A DNA stretch of 59,385 bases, counting the filler. It is 4 parts of 4 records of this genome, joined end to end, with 100 filler letters (N's around TTAATTAATTAA, not from the genome) between each part and the next. Parts side by side here need not be neighbours in the genome. Positions count along the whole stretch, not along the records: positions 28,906 to 53,624 come from SRR31156797_7274; 3 more parts are not named here. One strand, 5' to 3'. The first letter of the stretch is position 1. Every line of letters starts with the position of its first letter. Under the pieces are notes generated by a model. That model was not told the origin of the DNA. It searched no databases and saw only the letters and a program-made list of their open reading frames with translations. The position numbers and the translations under genes were made by a program. Positions 38,249-49,003 of this stretch are shown here, piece after piece.

Positions 38249-39073
38249 ATGGACAAACTAAACCAAATTCCGGGTACCAAAAGGGAAAGCGGTACGTCGG
38301 GGGGCAACAAAACCAATCTGGAACAAAACAAAAGCACCATACATAATCTGGCTGCAGATGAGTATCATGCTTTAAAATCAAGTTTTATTTCGAGTATATC
38401 GCACGAAATCAGAACACCCTTGAATGCAATCCTGGGATTCTCAGAGCTTTCGTTGTTAAATGGTGCCGACCTCACTGATCTGCTCGATTACATGAAAATC
38501 ATCCACCAAAGCAGCCAGGATTTGTTGGTAAAAATGAAGGATATCATCTATATTTCTTCGTTGGATTCTGGAATGGTGGCCTACGAACCCGATACCATTT
38601 CGCTTGAAGGCATGATGAAAGATTTGCATGATTATTATCAATATCACTATCCGAAGAAGTCACTGAATGATAAACAGGTAATCGTTGATTTGAAAAAGAC
38701 AAAACATGTTTTTTTTAAAAGCGATGCCGGAAAGCTCATCGACCTGCTTAAACGGCTTATGGATAACGGGTTAAAGTTCACCGAAAAAGGGGTTGTTTCC
38801 CTGACCGCTGATTTATCCGATAAAAAATATATTTCATTCACCGTGAAGGATAGCGGCATTGGTATTCCTGATGAAAAACTCGAAATTATTTTTGAACCCT
38901 TTGCTTCAGCACAGGACATTTACAGCAAAAAATACAATGGTTCCGGGTTAGGCCTAACTATCGTACAACACCTGGTTAAGCTGCTGGGTGGCAAGTTGAA
39001 GATCATTTCTGTTGTTGATCGGGGCACAGAGGTCAGGGTTACGATTCCTTTCCACCCGATAACCACATCCTGA
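38249..39073 (+). CDS. Soluble histidine kinase without a sensor domain (HisKA + HATPase)
   Basis: ISHEIRTPLNAI, DNGLKFT, VKDSGIGI, FEPF, GSGLGL; no TM or PAS domain. Confidence 0.88.
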   Translation: MDKLNQIPGTKRESGTSGGNKTNLEQNKSTIHNLAADEYHALKSSFISSISHEIRTPLNAILGFSELSLLNGADLTDLLDYMKIIHQSSQDLLVKMKDIIYISSLDSGMVAYEPDTISLEGMMKDLHDYYQYHYPKKSLNDKQVIVDLKKTKHVFFKSDAGKLIDLLKRLMDNGLKFTEKGVVSLTADLSDKKYISFTVKDSGIGIPDEKLEIIFEPFASAQDIYSKKYNGSGLGLTIVQHLVKLLGGKLKIISVVDRGTEVRVTIPFHPITTS

Positions 39074-39172
39074 AAACTCCATTGCATCCTTGCTAAATAT
39101 TTAAAGCTGCATTTGGAACAAAATCATTAACATTGCAGTTTCCTATCTATACGAACAAAAAACATTTTAAAA

Positions 39173-40006
39173 ATGGCACAAGAAGAATTAAATTTTAAGA
39201 AAATCATCCCCGTAGGAGTAGTCATTGTAGCAGTAATTATATTGATTGCTTTTTGGAGCAGAATGACCATAACCATTGATGCCGGCCATGGTGGCGTATT
39301 GTTCAAAACCTTTGGTGGCGGTCTGGATGTTGAAAACACGTATGGCGAAGGCTTCCATTTTATCGCACCCTGGAACAAGATGTATGTTTACGAAGTACGT
39401 CAGCAGGAAGTAGCCGAAGACATGAACGTGCTTTCATCAAACGGCCTAGAAATCAGTGTGGATGTATCAATCTGGTACCAACCTACTTATGATGAACTGG
39501 GTAAACTGCATAGCATTATCGGGACAAATTACGTACAACGGGTGCTGATCCCAAGTTTGCGTTCCTCAACCAGAAACGTGATTGGCCGCTACACACCTGA
39601 AGAAATTTATTCCTCACATCGCGAAACCATCCAGGTTGAGATTTTTGAAGAGACCAAAGGTATTCTGGAGGATAAATACGTGCAGGTAAACCGCATTTTA
39701 ATCCGCTCGATAGTTTTGCCCCCAACCATTAAAACGGCCATCGAACGGAAGTTGAAACAGGAGCAGGAATCGCTGGAGTATGAATTTAAACTCGAAAAAG
39801 CCGAAAAAGAAGCTGAACGCCAGCGCATAGATGCTGAAGGTAAAGCCACGGCAAACCGTATCCTGAGTGCAAGTTTAACAGATAAAATCCTGAAGGAAAA
39901 AGGTATTGAGGCAACCCTTAACCTGGCCAATTCGCCCAACACCAAAGTGATTGTTATTGGAAACTCAAAGGACGGATTGCCGATTATCCTGGGCGATTCA
40001 AAATAA
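39173..40006 (+). CDS. SPFH/prohibitin-family membrane protein
   Basis: N-terminal TM helix; GHGGVLF, EGFHFIAPWN, AIERKL..EQE, EAERQRIDAEG. Confidence 0.92.
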   Translation: MAQEELNFKKIIPVGVVIVAVIILIAFWSRMTITIDAGHGGVLFKTFGGGLDVENTYGEGFHFIAPWNKMYVYEVRQQEVAEDMNVLSSNGLEISVDVSIWYQPTYDELGKLHSIIGTNYVQRVLIPSLRSSTRNVIGRYTPEEIYSSHRETIQVEIFEETKGILEDKYVQVNRILIRSIVLPPTIKTAIERKLKQEQESLEYEFKLEKAEKEAERQRIDAEGKATANRILSASLTDKILKEKGIEATLNLANSPNTKVIVIGNSKDGLPIILGDSK

Positions 40007-40024
40007 CCTTAGCAGAACGAAAAA

Positions 40025-40744
40025 TTGATGAAGCGGCTTTCTGTTGTAATCCCGGTTTATAACGAGGAAAAAACCATTACAACGATCCTCGATCGTATTG
40101 TTAATGTTGAACTGATCAACGGCCTCAGCATGGAGATAATCCTGATCGATGATGGTTCGCACGACCGATCAGTCGAAATCATCAGGGAATATACTTCCCG
40201 ACATCATGATACGAACATCAAGCTTTTTGAGCAGCCGGTAAACATGGGTAAGGGAGCCGCATTGCACCGCGGCATTGCCGAATCAACAGGAGATTACCTG
40301 GTTATCCAGGATGCCGACCTGGAATATGATCCACGCGAATACAACGACCTGCTAAAACCTGTGGTTGAAAACAATGCCGACATCGTTTACGGCTCACGTT
40401 TCATGGGCGGAAACCCGCACAGGGTGTTGTTTTTCTGGCACAGCATCGGTAATAAAATACTGACCCAGGTTTCGAACATGTTCACCAACCTGAACCTGAC
40501 CGATATGGAAACCTGCTACAAGCTTTTCCGGTCAGACATCATCAAAAGTATTGACCTTAGAGAAAAACGGTTTGGCTTTGAGCCGGAAGTAACAGCAAAA
40601 ATCTCACGGCTCAGGAATGTCCGGATTTATGAAATTGGTATTTCCTATTATGGCCGCACCTATACCGAAGGTAAAAAAATCAGTTGGCAGGATGGTATGC
40701 GGGCGTTTTGGTGCATTTTTAAATATAATGTGTTAAGCAGATGA
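40025..40744 (+). CDS. GT2 glycosyltransferase, DPM1/polyprenol-phosphate type
   Basis: [57 protein letters not shown]. Confidence 0.92.
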   Translation: MMKRLSVVIPVYNEEKTITTILDRIVNVELINGLSMEIILIDDGSHDRSVEIIREYTSRHHDTNIKLFEQPVNMGKGAALHRGIAESTGDYLVIQDADLEYDPREYNDLLKPVVENNADIVYGSRFMGGNPHRVLFFWHSIGNKILTQVSNMFTNLNLTDMETCYKLFRSDIIKSIDLREKRFGFEPEVTAKISRLRNVRIYEIGISYYGRTYTEGKKISWQDGMRAFWCIFKYNVLSR

Positions 40745-41706
40745 AAAAGCTGAACATCGGCGTGATGGGTTGCGCTGCCATTGCCCGGAATATGATGATC
40801 CCTGCAATACGCCGGTCAGAAAACTGGAACCTTGTGGCAGTGGCCAGCCGGACCCATGAAAAGGCTGAAAAATTTGCCGCTGAATTTGACTGTGAGGCCA
40901 TTGCAGGCTATGAATACCTCCTGTCCCGAAATGATATTGACGCCGTTTATATGCCTTTGCCAACCGGCCTTCATGAGGAATGGATCATCAAAACACTCGC
41001 ATCCGGAAAACATGTGCTTGCCGAAAAATCCATCGCTGCAGATTATGCTTCCTCAAAAAAGATGGTAGACCTTGCCCGTGAAAAGAACTTGGTCCTCATG
41101 GAGGATTTTATGTTCCAGTATCACAGCCAGCATCAGTTTGTTTTTGACCTGATCGATAAAGGTGAAATTGGAGAAATCAGGGTTGTGAGTGCAAAGTTTG
41201 GTTTTCCACCGCTACCCAAAGCTAATTTCCGCTACGACGACAATGTTGGAGGCGGCGCCCTGCTTGATGCCGCCGGATACACCGTTCGTGCCGTACAGTT
41301 TATTCTGGGTAACGATTACGAAGTAAAGGCGGCCAATCTGAAAATGGATCCCCAAACCGGAACCAATATTTATGGTGCCGCTTTTATGGAAAATGGCACC
41401 GGCATCAGCGGGCAAATCGCTTTTGGTTTCGATCATTATTATCAAAGCAATTATGAAATTTGGGGCACCAAAGGCAAGATCATCGTTCATTGGGCGTTTA
41501 CACCCAAACCCGGATTCAGCCCTTCGGTAACTTTGGAAAAACAAGGCGAAAAGCGCACCTGGCAACTGAAACCCGACAATCATTTTATGGGGTCGGTCAA
41601 CGAATTTTGCCGGGCCATCACCCGGAAGGATCAGGAAAAGCATTACCTCCAGGTGTTGGCCCAAAGTAAAGCTTTGGATGATATCCGGAATCTTTCTTCC
41701 AAATAA
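40741..41706 (+). CDS. Gfo/Idh/MocA oxidoreductase, probable NDP-hexose 3-ketoreductase
   Basis: [42 protein letters not shown]...NFRY...GGGALLD. Confidence 0.75.
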   Translation: MKKLNIGVMGCAAIARNMMIPAIRRSENWNLVAVASRTHEKAEKFAAEFDCEAIAGYEYLLSRNDIDAVYMPLPTGLHEEWIIKTLASGKHVLAEKSIAADYASSKKMVDLAREKNLVLMEDFMFQYHSQHQFVFDLIDKGEIGEIRVVSAKFGFPPLPKANFRYDDNVGGGALLDAAGYTVRAVQFILGNDYEVKAANLKMDPQTGTNIYGAAFMENGTGISGQIAFGFDHYYQSNYEIWGTKGKIIVHWAFTPKPGFSPSVTLEKQGEKRTWQLKPDNHFMGSVNEFCRAITRKDQEKHYLQVLAQSKALDDIRNLSSK

Positions 41707-41722
41707 TCCATAAATTTGGGGC

Positions 41723-42667
41723 ATGAAAGAAACACCGCATATTTCGGTGATCAGCCCGGTTTACGGCGCAGCATCCCTGCTGGATGAACTTGTGGAAAGA
41801 ATTAAAAAAGCCGCAGCGCAAATCACAACCAGCTATGAAATCATCCTGGTGGAAGATCATGGGCCGGATGAATCCTGGGAAAAGATTAAAAAACTGGCCT
41901 CCAACGATCCACAAATTACCGGGATCAGGCACTCCAGGAATTTCGGACAGCAATATGCCCTGAACTGCGGGTTGGATCATGCGAGCGGCGAATGGGTTTT
42001 TACCCTCGACTGCGACCTGCAGGACCGGCCTGAGGAGATCATCCATTTGTACGACAAGGCGATTGAAGGGTATGACATTGTGCTGGCCAGCCGCAAAAAC
42101 CGCCGGGATGACTTCCTGAAAAAAATGTATTCCCGGATTTTTTACCGCACGCTCAGCTACCTTACAGATACACACCAGGATTCCACAGTGGCGAATTTCG
42201 CGCTGTATCATCGCAAGGTGGTGGACGCCCTGAAAAGTATGCACGATTACAACCGCTACTATCCCACCATGATCCACTGGGTGGGATTCAGGCTCACCAA
42301 ACTCGAAATTGATCACGCCGAACGAACTGACGGCAAAAGATCATCCTACAATTTCCGCAAGCGGCTCACCCTGGCTTTTGATACCATCGTTTCATTTTCG
42401 GATAAACCGCTGCGGCTGACTGTAAAACTTGGCCTGGTCATTTCTGCCTTAACAGCACTTTTGGCTGTAGCACTTGTGGTCAGGTATTTCATAGTTGACA
42501 TTGAAGTTTCGGGATGGACGAGTATGTTTTTGTCCTTCTGGTTTTTATCCGGGCTCATCATCACCATTCTGGGTATGGTGGGCATTTATGTGGGTAAGAT
42601 TTTCGAGAAGGTTAAAGGCAGGCCAACCTACATCATCGGTGAAACAATCAATTACCCAAAAAAATAA
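41723..42667 (+). CDS. GT2 glycosyltransferase, GtrB/ArnC-like (two C-terminal TM helices)
   Basis: SRNFGQQ.A, LDCDLQD.PE, SFSDKPLR, two TMs, GIYVGKIFE..K.RP.YII. Confidence 0.9.
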   Translation: MKETPHISVISPVYGAASLLDELVERIKKAAAQITTSYEIILVEDHGPDESWEKIKKLASNDPQITGIRHSRNFGQQYALNCGLDHASGEWVFTLDCDLQDRPEEIIHLYDKAIEGYDIVLASRKNRRDDFLKKMYSRIFYRTLSYLTDTHQDSTVANFALYHRKVVDALKSMHDYNRYYPTMIHWVGFRLTKLEIDHAERTDGKRSSYNFRKRLTLAFDTIVSFSDKPLRLTVKLGLVISALTALLAVALVVRYFIVDIEVSGWTSMFLSFWFLSGLIITILGMVGIYVGKIFEKVKGRPTYIIGETINYPKK

Positions 42668-43560
42668 TGGCCATGCAAAAAAAATCAATCCTCATCGGGA
42701 GCAATGGCTATCTGGGGCGTCACCTGGCGCATCATCTGCAGCTGGCCGGATTCGAAAACCTGAATTGCGATATTCATGATGACAAACCTGCTGAAATGCT
42801 GAACTACCGGCAAATCGACATTACCAGTCCGGCTGATTTGGAAAAGCTGGATTTAGATGTGGATTTTCTGTTTTTGTTTGCCGGTTTAACCGGAACAGAC
42901 AAAGGTTTTGAGGACTACAAAAAATTCATCGAAATCAATGAGATCGGATTGCTGCATGTGCTCACAAAACTCCGGGAAACCGGAAGCAATGCAAGGCTGA
43001 TATATCCGTCAACAAGGCTGGTTTACAAAGGTGTGAAACATCATCGGCTCAAAGAAGACGACCCAAAGGAAACCAAAACCATTTATGCCACAAACAAGAT
43101 CAACGCCGAAAATCTGCTGTGGATGTATCAGAATGCCTTTGGCGTAGACTATACCATTTTCAGGATTTGTGTGCCTTACGGGAATTTTTTTGGCAATGAA
43201 ATTTCGTACGGAACCATTGGATTTTTCCTGAGCCAGGCCAGGCAGGGAAAGGATATCAAACTGTTTGGCGATGGATCAATCCGGCGAACCTTCACACATG
43301 TGTCGGATATTTCCGACATCATCATCCGAAGCATCCAAAAAGAGGAAACGAAAAATCAGATCTATAATATTGGTGGAGAAAACCTGAGCCTGTTGGAAGC
43401 TGCTCAAATTATTGCAGAAAAATATGGGGTATCCGTTAAATTTTCGGATTGGCCCGAAATGGCCGAAAAACTGGAATCGGATGATACGGTGTTTGATGAT
43501 TCGAAACTTGGGGGAATCCTAATGGCAAAATACAAGCATTCCATAAAAGGCTGGGCATAG
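42667..43560 (+). CDS. Extended SDR NAD-dependent epimerase/reductase, possible NDP-4-keto-sugar reductase
   Basis: GSNGYLG Rossmann motif, catalytic YATNK, FGDGS..RTFTHVSD, YNIGG. Confidence 0.85.
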   Translation: MAMQKKSILIGSNGYLGRHLAHHLQLAGFENLNCDIHDDKPAEMLNYRQIDITSPADLEKLDLDVDFLFLFAGLTGTDKGFEDYKKFIEINEIGLLHVLTKLRETGSNARLIYPSTRLVYKGVKHHRLKEDDPKETKTIYATNKINAENLLWMYQNAFGVDYTIFRICVPYGNFFGNEISYGTIGFFLSQARQGKDIKLFGDGSIRRTFTHVSDISDIIIRSIQKEETKNQIYNIGGENLSLLEAAQIIAEKYGVSVKFSDWPEMAEKLESDDTVFDDSKLGGILMAKYKHSIKGWA

Positions 43561-43586
43561 CCCTCGTGACAAACATTTTACTCCTT

Positions 43587-44906
43587 TCACTTATATTTTT
43601 CCGGCTGTGATTCATACAGGTATTTGGCATCAACTCTCAACATACTATCAAGCGGAATACCTCTGTCAACAGCCTTTTTTGCAATCAGCTTAAGCCAGTC
43701 TTCAGAGCCACGTATCGTCTTCATAATCTCTTCGATCTTCTCCTGCTTTTTACGTTTTAAAAATTCATCGTAATTGACCAGTTGTTCATACCCAAGTTCA
43801 TCAAAACCCCAGGGAAACTGATTCAGGTTGGCTTCCGTTGCCAGGAGAATGATTATATCTTTTTCAAGAATTTTTTTATGCTGATCAACCATCATAACAT
43901 ATTGGGCATCAAGACTTGATGGCTTAATTATCTGTTGGTTATAATACCAGAACTCCCCGTTGTTAAAAACGTCATTCATCACTTGTAGATGAAATATTTG
44001 CCAAAAGAAGCTATCGGCTACAACCATAATTTTTGGTTTCGTTTTACCTTTTTGTATCACCTCTACATCGGTGTAGGCCATTGGATAATTTTCAATAGGA
44101 AATAACAGGTTCATGCCCTTTTCAACATCTGTGTCGGGTTTACGATAAGCCGTAGACAATGAATATCCGGTCACATTAAAATCAGGCAGATCGAGGCCCT
44201 GTTGTGATTCGATGAACCTGATTATAGAATCCATAAATACGTTTGCTCCATAATGGCTCCAGTGAATTCCACTTTTTGGATATAGCGGAAGCGAAGCCGT
44301 ATCTTTCATAAGCACAAACAAGTTGTTAAAATCCAAAAGATTAACACCTTGATTTTTCGCCTCCTGAAGGTAGGTTTCGTAGTTGGTTTGGCCCCGTTCG
44401 CCCCGAAGGTAATCAGGTATGTATTCGGGAAAAAAATAACCTTTTCCCGGAGCAACTGCAATAAAAAATAATTTTCCTGAATCTGCCAAAACTCTCTGAA
44501 TGGCTTTCAGACGTTTTACCCTTTCAAAAATCAAAGAATCACCAATATAATTCCTGCCATAGTATGAATCTATATAGTTTTTTTCATACAGGTAGTTTTG
44601 CTTACCAACAATTACATTTCTGGCTGTGGTTTTTTTGTAAAACCAAAATGTAAGCTGATTGTAAATTCTAACCAGTACATTTCGGAATCCGAAATTCTGA
44701 TTAAGATATTGTTCTGTCGTCGACTGATAGGTTTCATCCAGCCAGTTTTCTGACGTAAGTGACGTTTTTTCAGCTTTCTCAACGGCACCACCCAGGGGTT
44801 CGATTTCAATAAATTTAAAATGCATCTGCACTGCAGGCAGGAATAATAGCCCTACAACAATTAGAAATAGCGTTTTTGAAAATTTATGTCCGTTGATTTT
44901 GCTCAT
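43587..44906 (-). CDS. AlgJ/AlgX-like SGNH-type O-acetyltransferase
   Basis: N-terminal TM helix; NFGFRN, VGK.NYLY, APGK...PEY.P, YPKSGIHW, ADSF; coupled to the MBOAT gene. Confidence 0.8.
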   Translation of the reverse strand: MSKINGHKFSKTLFLIVVGLLFLPAVQMHFKFIEIEPLGGAVEKAEKTSLTSENWLDETYQSTTEQYLNQNFGFRNVLVRIYNQLTFWFYKKTTARNVIVGKQNYLYEKNYIDSYYGRNYIGDSLIFERVKRLKAIQRVLADSGKLFFIAVAPGKGYFFPEYIPDYLRGERGQTNYETYLQEAKNQGVNLLDFNNLFVLMKDTASLPLYPKSGIHWSHYGANVFMDSIIRFIESQQGLDLPDFNVTGYSLSTAYRKPDTDVEKGMNLLFPIENYPMAYTDVEVIQKGKTKPKIMVVADSFFWQIFHLQVMNDVFNNGEFWYYNQQIIKPSSLDAQYVMMVDQHKKILEKDIIILLATEANLNQFPWGFDELGYEQLVNYDEFLKRKKQEKIEEIMKTIRGSEDWLKLIAKKAVDRGIPLDSMLRVDAKYLYESQPEKYK

Positions 44907-46330
44907 TAAAACCTGAAATAAATAAATGGGTTAAAACCTGACGTTGTAATTGACCCAACTGAAATAACCAATAAAATAACCACCATAATAAACATGGATA
45001 TTTTCCTGCTTTTGGTATAGCTATCAAAGAATACCTTCTCCTGCATTTTTAAACCAAACTTAGTAACTGTGATAAAGGAAAACATAATTGCGACCAACAT
45101 TATGATATAAACTTCCGGATTACGATTAAAAAAAAGTGGTTCAAATTCAAAGGCAAAGAGTCTTTCATAGAAAATCATTGCATCCCCAAAACTTTCAATC
45201 CTAAACACCACCCACCCCATAACGGCCAGGAAAAACGTGAAAATTGTACTAAACAAACCGCCTGCTTTGTTGAGTAGCTTTAAGAGAAATAACCTGTCCA
45301 GAATAAGGAAAAAACCATGATACGCTCCCCATAAAACAAAATTCCAGGAAGCGCCATGCCAAAGCCCGGAAATAAGAAACACGAACCATAGGTTAAAATA
45401 CAATCTGCGGTTGGTTTTTACCCTGTTACCACCAAGTGGAATATACAAATAGTCGCGCATCCAGGCACCAAGGGTAATATGCCAACGGCGCCAAAATTCA
45501 GTTATACTTTTTGAAACATACGGGTTGTTGAAGTTTTCAGGAAAAGTAAATCCAATCATCCGCCCAATCCCGATGGCCATATCGGAGTATCCTGAAAAAT
45601 CAAAATAAATCTGGAAAGTGTAGGCCAGTATGCCGATCCAGGCCGTTGTAGAATCTATGGTTAAAAAATCCATTGACATTACCCTGTCAGCTTCCGCGCC
45701 CATAACATTTGCAATAAGTACCTTTTTGGCCAAACCGATAACAAACCTATAAAATCCCAAAAGCCGGTCATCATAATTTTCATTCCGGTTTGTGATTTGA
45801 TCAGCAATCCAGTTGAACCGAACAATCGGACCAGCAATTAACTGGGGAAACATCAGGATGTACAGCACGTAATCGGTTACCTTTTTAAGTGGATCGTGTA
45901 CTTTCCTAAACACATCTACAGAATAGGTCAGACTTTGAAATGTGAAAAATGATATCCCGATTGGTAGTGCAATTCTAGTCCAGGAAACCGGATTTCCTAG
46001 CCCTGTGCTTTCAATTACCGAATTGACATTTTCGATAAAGAAGTTCGCATATTTGAAATAAAGCAGCAAACCAAGGTTAATTGCTACTGATATTCCCAGC
46101 AGGATTCTTCGTGACCGCAATTGCCCGGAGGTATGCATCTGTTTTACAATGTAAAAGTTGACCACCATCGATGCCAGAACAATGAAAATAAAGTCCGGTG
46201 CTCCCCAGGCATAAAAGAAAATGCTGAAAATGAGAATGGTTAGATTCTTATACTTTGGATCAATCAGGTAATAAACCAACAAAAATGCAGGAAGGAAAAA
46301 GAGAAGAAAAACTGCACTGCTAAATACCAT
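44906..46330 (-). CDS. algI: MBOAT O-acyltransferase, AlgI/PatA family
   Basis: MVFSS..FL..FLP, LPIGISFFTFQ, FPQLIAGPIVR, QIYFDFSGYSDMAIG, FWRRWHITL, SGLWHGA, FNPFIYFRF. Confidence 0.9.
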   Translation of the reverse strand: MVFSSAVFLLFFLPAFLLVYYLIDPKYKNLTILIFSIFFYAWGAPDFIFIVLASMVVNFYIVKQMHTSGQLRSRRILLGISVAINLGLLLYFKYANFFIENVNSVIESTGLGNPVSWTRIALPIGISFFTFQSLTYSVDVFRKVHDPLKKVTDYVLYILMFPQLIAGPIVRFNWIADQITNRNENYDDRLLGFYRFVIGLAKKVLIANVMGAEADRVMSMDFLTIDSTTAWIGILAYTFQIYFDFSGYSDMAIGIGRMIGFTFPENFNNPYVSKSITEFWRRWHITLGAWMRDYLYIPLGGNRVKTNRRLYFNLWFVFLISGLWHGASWNFVLWGAYHGFFLILDRLFLLKLLNKAGGLFSTIFTFFLAVMGWVVFRIESFGDAMIFYERLFAFEFEPLFFNRNPEVYIIMLVAIMFSFITVTKFGLKMQEKVFFDSYTKSRKISMFIMVVILLVISVGSITTSGFNPFIYFRF

Positions 46331-46416
46331 AATGCCTGACTCATATTTTTAGGACGCAAATTTAGTATTTAACCTGATTGCATTGATCGGCTGGTTGAAA
46401 AATCAGCACCCCACAA

Positions 46417-47778
46417 TCAATTATCCCTGATCAGCTGCTGGGCAAATTCTATGGCCACGTCCCTGCTTTCTATCAAATCATCGATATCCGGTGCAACCTC
46501 ATGGTCAGGTAAAATACCACGGTTTGTGGTGGTTTGTTTATGAGATTCAGGAAATTTAGTCTGGTAGCGCGGAATGCCGATCCTGATCGCTGAATTGGGT
46601 AAAATCACATATTGCTTCGAGCCTGCAACATATCCCTCGTACCTTCCGCCTGCTTCCTCTCCAACAATGATCGGATCATGGTATTCATTTACATACCTCG
46701 CAATGGAAGAAGCAGCAGAAAAAGTACCTCCATCCACCAACAGGTAAATTTTCCCATCAAAAGCCCACTTACTTTTTTTGGGCAGTTTATGGGTTTTTAC
46801 TTTGCCTTTCCAGGAAACCGATGTTCTGTAAATGCCTTTTTCATTTTCCTTTTGAATGTATGGTAATATTTCGCGCGAAAAATCGAAAAGCCCACCATTA
46901 TTTCCACGCAGATCAATCACCAGGTTTTCAATCTGCTTATCTGCCAACTCCCTGAAAATTTCCTGATACAGTTTTTTGGCTTTGATATCATACTTTTCAA
47001 CCTTACTCCGGCTGAATGTTTTTAAAGTGAGGAACCCGGATTTACCGTCAATCTCAAATTCATAAACTTCCGTGGGACTGTCAGTTACTTCATTTGGTTT
47101 AGCCTCATCGGCATGTTTTATCTTATAATTTTCCCGCATTTCGTTTAGTGTAAGTGCCGGGATCATTTGCACATACTTTTTGCCGTCTTCCCTGGAAATT
47201 AATTCCATTTCAAAATCATCAGGCTGACTAATATAGAGGTAATACATATAGTTGAACGAAGAACTGAGCTTATAGCGCATGTTGGTTTTGATGTGGCCAT
47301 CTGATGAAATAAAAGGATAGAGGGATTCCATTAGATTAACTGCATCAATGCCATTTATCGAAATAATCTCATCACCCTGTTTTGGCTTTTCCTCCTTCAG
47401 GTATTGATCCCAAACATACAACTTCTCGCCGACTATCTTCACCACCAGCGGCATGTACCGGTAGTTACCGTTTCCAAAACCTTTGTGCACAGTATCCTGC
47501 CATCCGCCAATACTGTAATGGCCCTCATTGCCCATAGCAACCATCCGCGTAATCAGCTCAAAATATTCCGGCAGTGGTTTTTGCCCGTCAACCGATTGAA
47601 TCAGGCTATTGGATTTTTCGTCAAAATCAGGATTATACGCCAACAAACCCGGATGATAGGTTTGCATTTGGTTTTTAAGGAAATTCAAACCCTCACGAAC
47701 CTGGCTTTTGGTCAACTCCTGGGCACTGGCACTGTAAAATAAAATCAGGGATAATACTGTAAAAATACGGCGTTTCAT
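46417..47778 (-). CDS. S41-family (tail-specific) peptidase with PDZ domain
   Basis: Signal peptide; GDEIISING, LVIDLRGNNGG, TFSAAS, IVGEEAGG, RGILPD. Confidence 0.88.
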   Translation of the reverse strand: MKRRIFTVLSLILFYSASAQELTKSQVREGLNFLKNQMQTYHPGLLAYNPDFDEKSNSLIQSVDGQKPLPEYFELITRMVAMGNEGHYSIGGWQDTVHKGFGNGNYRYMPLVVKIVGEKLYVWDQYLKEEKPKQGDEIISINGIDAVNLMESLYPFISSDGHIKTNMRYKLSSSFNYMYYLYISQPDDFEMELISREDGKKYVQMIPALTLNEMRENYKIKHADEAKPNEVTDSPTEVYEFEIDGKSGFLTLKTFSRSKVEKYDIKAKKLYQEIFRELADKQIENLVIDLRGNNGGLFDFSREILPYIQKENEKGIYRTSVSWKGKVKTHKLPKKSKWAFDGKIYLLVDGGTFSAASSIARYVNEYHDPIIVGEEAGGRYEGYVAGSKQYVILPNSAIRIGIPRYQTKFPESHKQTTTNRGILPDHEVAPDIDDLIESRDVAIEFAQQLIRDN

Positions 47779-47979
47779 GGCAAATGTTTTTGAGCTTACC
47801 AGAAAACAAGGAAGTTTTAAAATTGTTAGAAATGGATTTGAGGAAAATGCAATCCTAAATTGAATATGATTGAAGGGAGCAACAACCCAAAAGAATTAAA
47901 TTGTTAAATAAAAATTAGTAACCTGAACCGAATTAAGACACTATTTCCTTTCGTTTTATTTTCAGCATGTTAAGTTGAA

Positions 47980-48066
47980 TTTTTGTGAATACTTTGTGTT
48001 TTTGAGTCTTAGTGGCAAAAAATAAAATAGCCACGAAAGCGCCAAGGCAGAAAAGTTCCACAAAAA
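47980..48066. repeat. Intergenic inverted repeat built from degenerate 8-mers (REP-like hairpin)
   Basis: TTTTGTG..CTTTGTGT-TTTTGAGT-CTTAGTGGC, A-rich loop, GCCACGAA-AGCGCCAA-GGCAGAAAAG..CACAAAA. Confidence 0.5.
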
Positions 48067-48122
48067 ATATTGTTTTGGGGGTTAAAGCTTTGAATATCAA
48101 TCAAATTAATTTCGAACTCTGG

Positions 48123-48995
48123 TTAGTAGGTCACAACGGCTTTTGCATAAGCTTTTTCGAAGGCTTCCAGGTTGAGATTATGGGGAATGTTATTTTCCTG
48201 CAGATAGCTCAATAGGTGACGGGTGTTGAGGTTGCCAACAAGTTCATATCCTGCCATGGGGCAACCACCAATTCCGCTCATCACACCATCAAAGCGCCGG
48301 CATCCGGCATTCCAGGCGGCATCAATTTTTTCGTACCAGTTATGCTGGTGGGTATGCAGGTGAATGCCTACATCCACACAAGGAACTTCACTGTAGATGG
48401 CATTTAAAACATCGCCCACCAGTTTGCCATCGGCAGCGCCAATAATATCAGAAAGGGCAACAATCTCAACACCATGATCACACAGGTACTTCGCCCATTT
48501 GGCGATCAGTTCCGGACTCCAGGGATCGTCGTAGGGGTTGCCAAAGGCCATGGAAATGTAAACCAGCAATTTCTTGTCTTTCCTTATGCAGATACTTTGC
48601 AGGTCATCAACTGTTTTTTTGGCCTCGTCGAGGGTGGAATTGATGTTGAGTTTCAGGAAAGTCTCGGAAAACGAAAACGGATAGCCCAACAGGGAAACCT
48701 CATCAAAATCGGTGGCTATTTCACCACCTTTTGCATTGCCAACAATGGCCATGAGTTTAGAGCGGGTTTGGGTCATGTCCAGCTTCTGAATTACCTCTGC
48801 AGTATCGCGTAATTGTGGAATGGCTTTTGGCGAAACAAAGCTCCCAAAATCCACAATGTCGAAGCCAACCTTAAGTATCGCATTGATCAGGTCAGCTTTT
48901 TTCTCTACAGGAATATATTGTTTAATGCCCTGCATGGCATCGCGGGGTGCTTCAGTAATTTTAACCTCAACAGGTCTGGTAGTTTCTTTTTCCAT
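48123..48995 (-). CDS. hmgL: Hydroxymethylglutaryl-CoA lyase
   Basis: EAPRDAMQG, GSFVSPKAIPQL.D, YISMAFGNPY, HLH, GIGGCPMA, GNLNT. Confidence 0.88.
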   Translation of the reverse strand: MEKETTRPVEVKITEAPRDAMQGIKQYIPVEKKADLINAILKVGFDIVDFGSFVSPKAIPQLRDTAEVIQKLDMTQTRSKLMAIVGNAKGGEIATDFDEVSLLGYPFSFSETFLKLNINSTLDEAKKTVDDLQSICIRKDKKLLVYISMAFGNPYDDPWSPELIAKWAKYLCDHGVEIVALSDIIGAADGKLVGDVLNAIYSEVPCVDVGIHLHTHQHNWYEKIDAAWNAGCRRFDGVMSGIGGCPMAGYELVGNLNTRHLLSYLQENNIPHNLNLEAFEKAYAKAVVTY

Positions 48996-49003
48996 ATCAG
49001 CTA

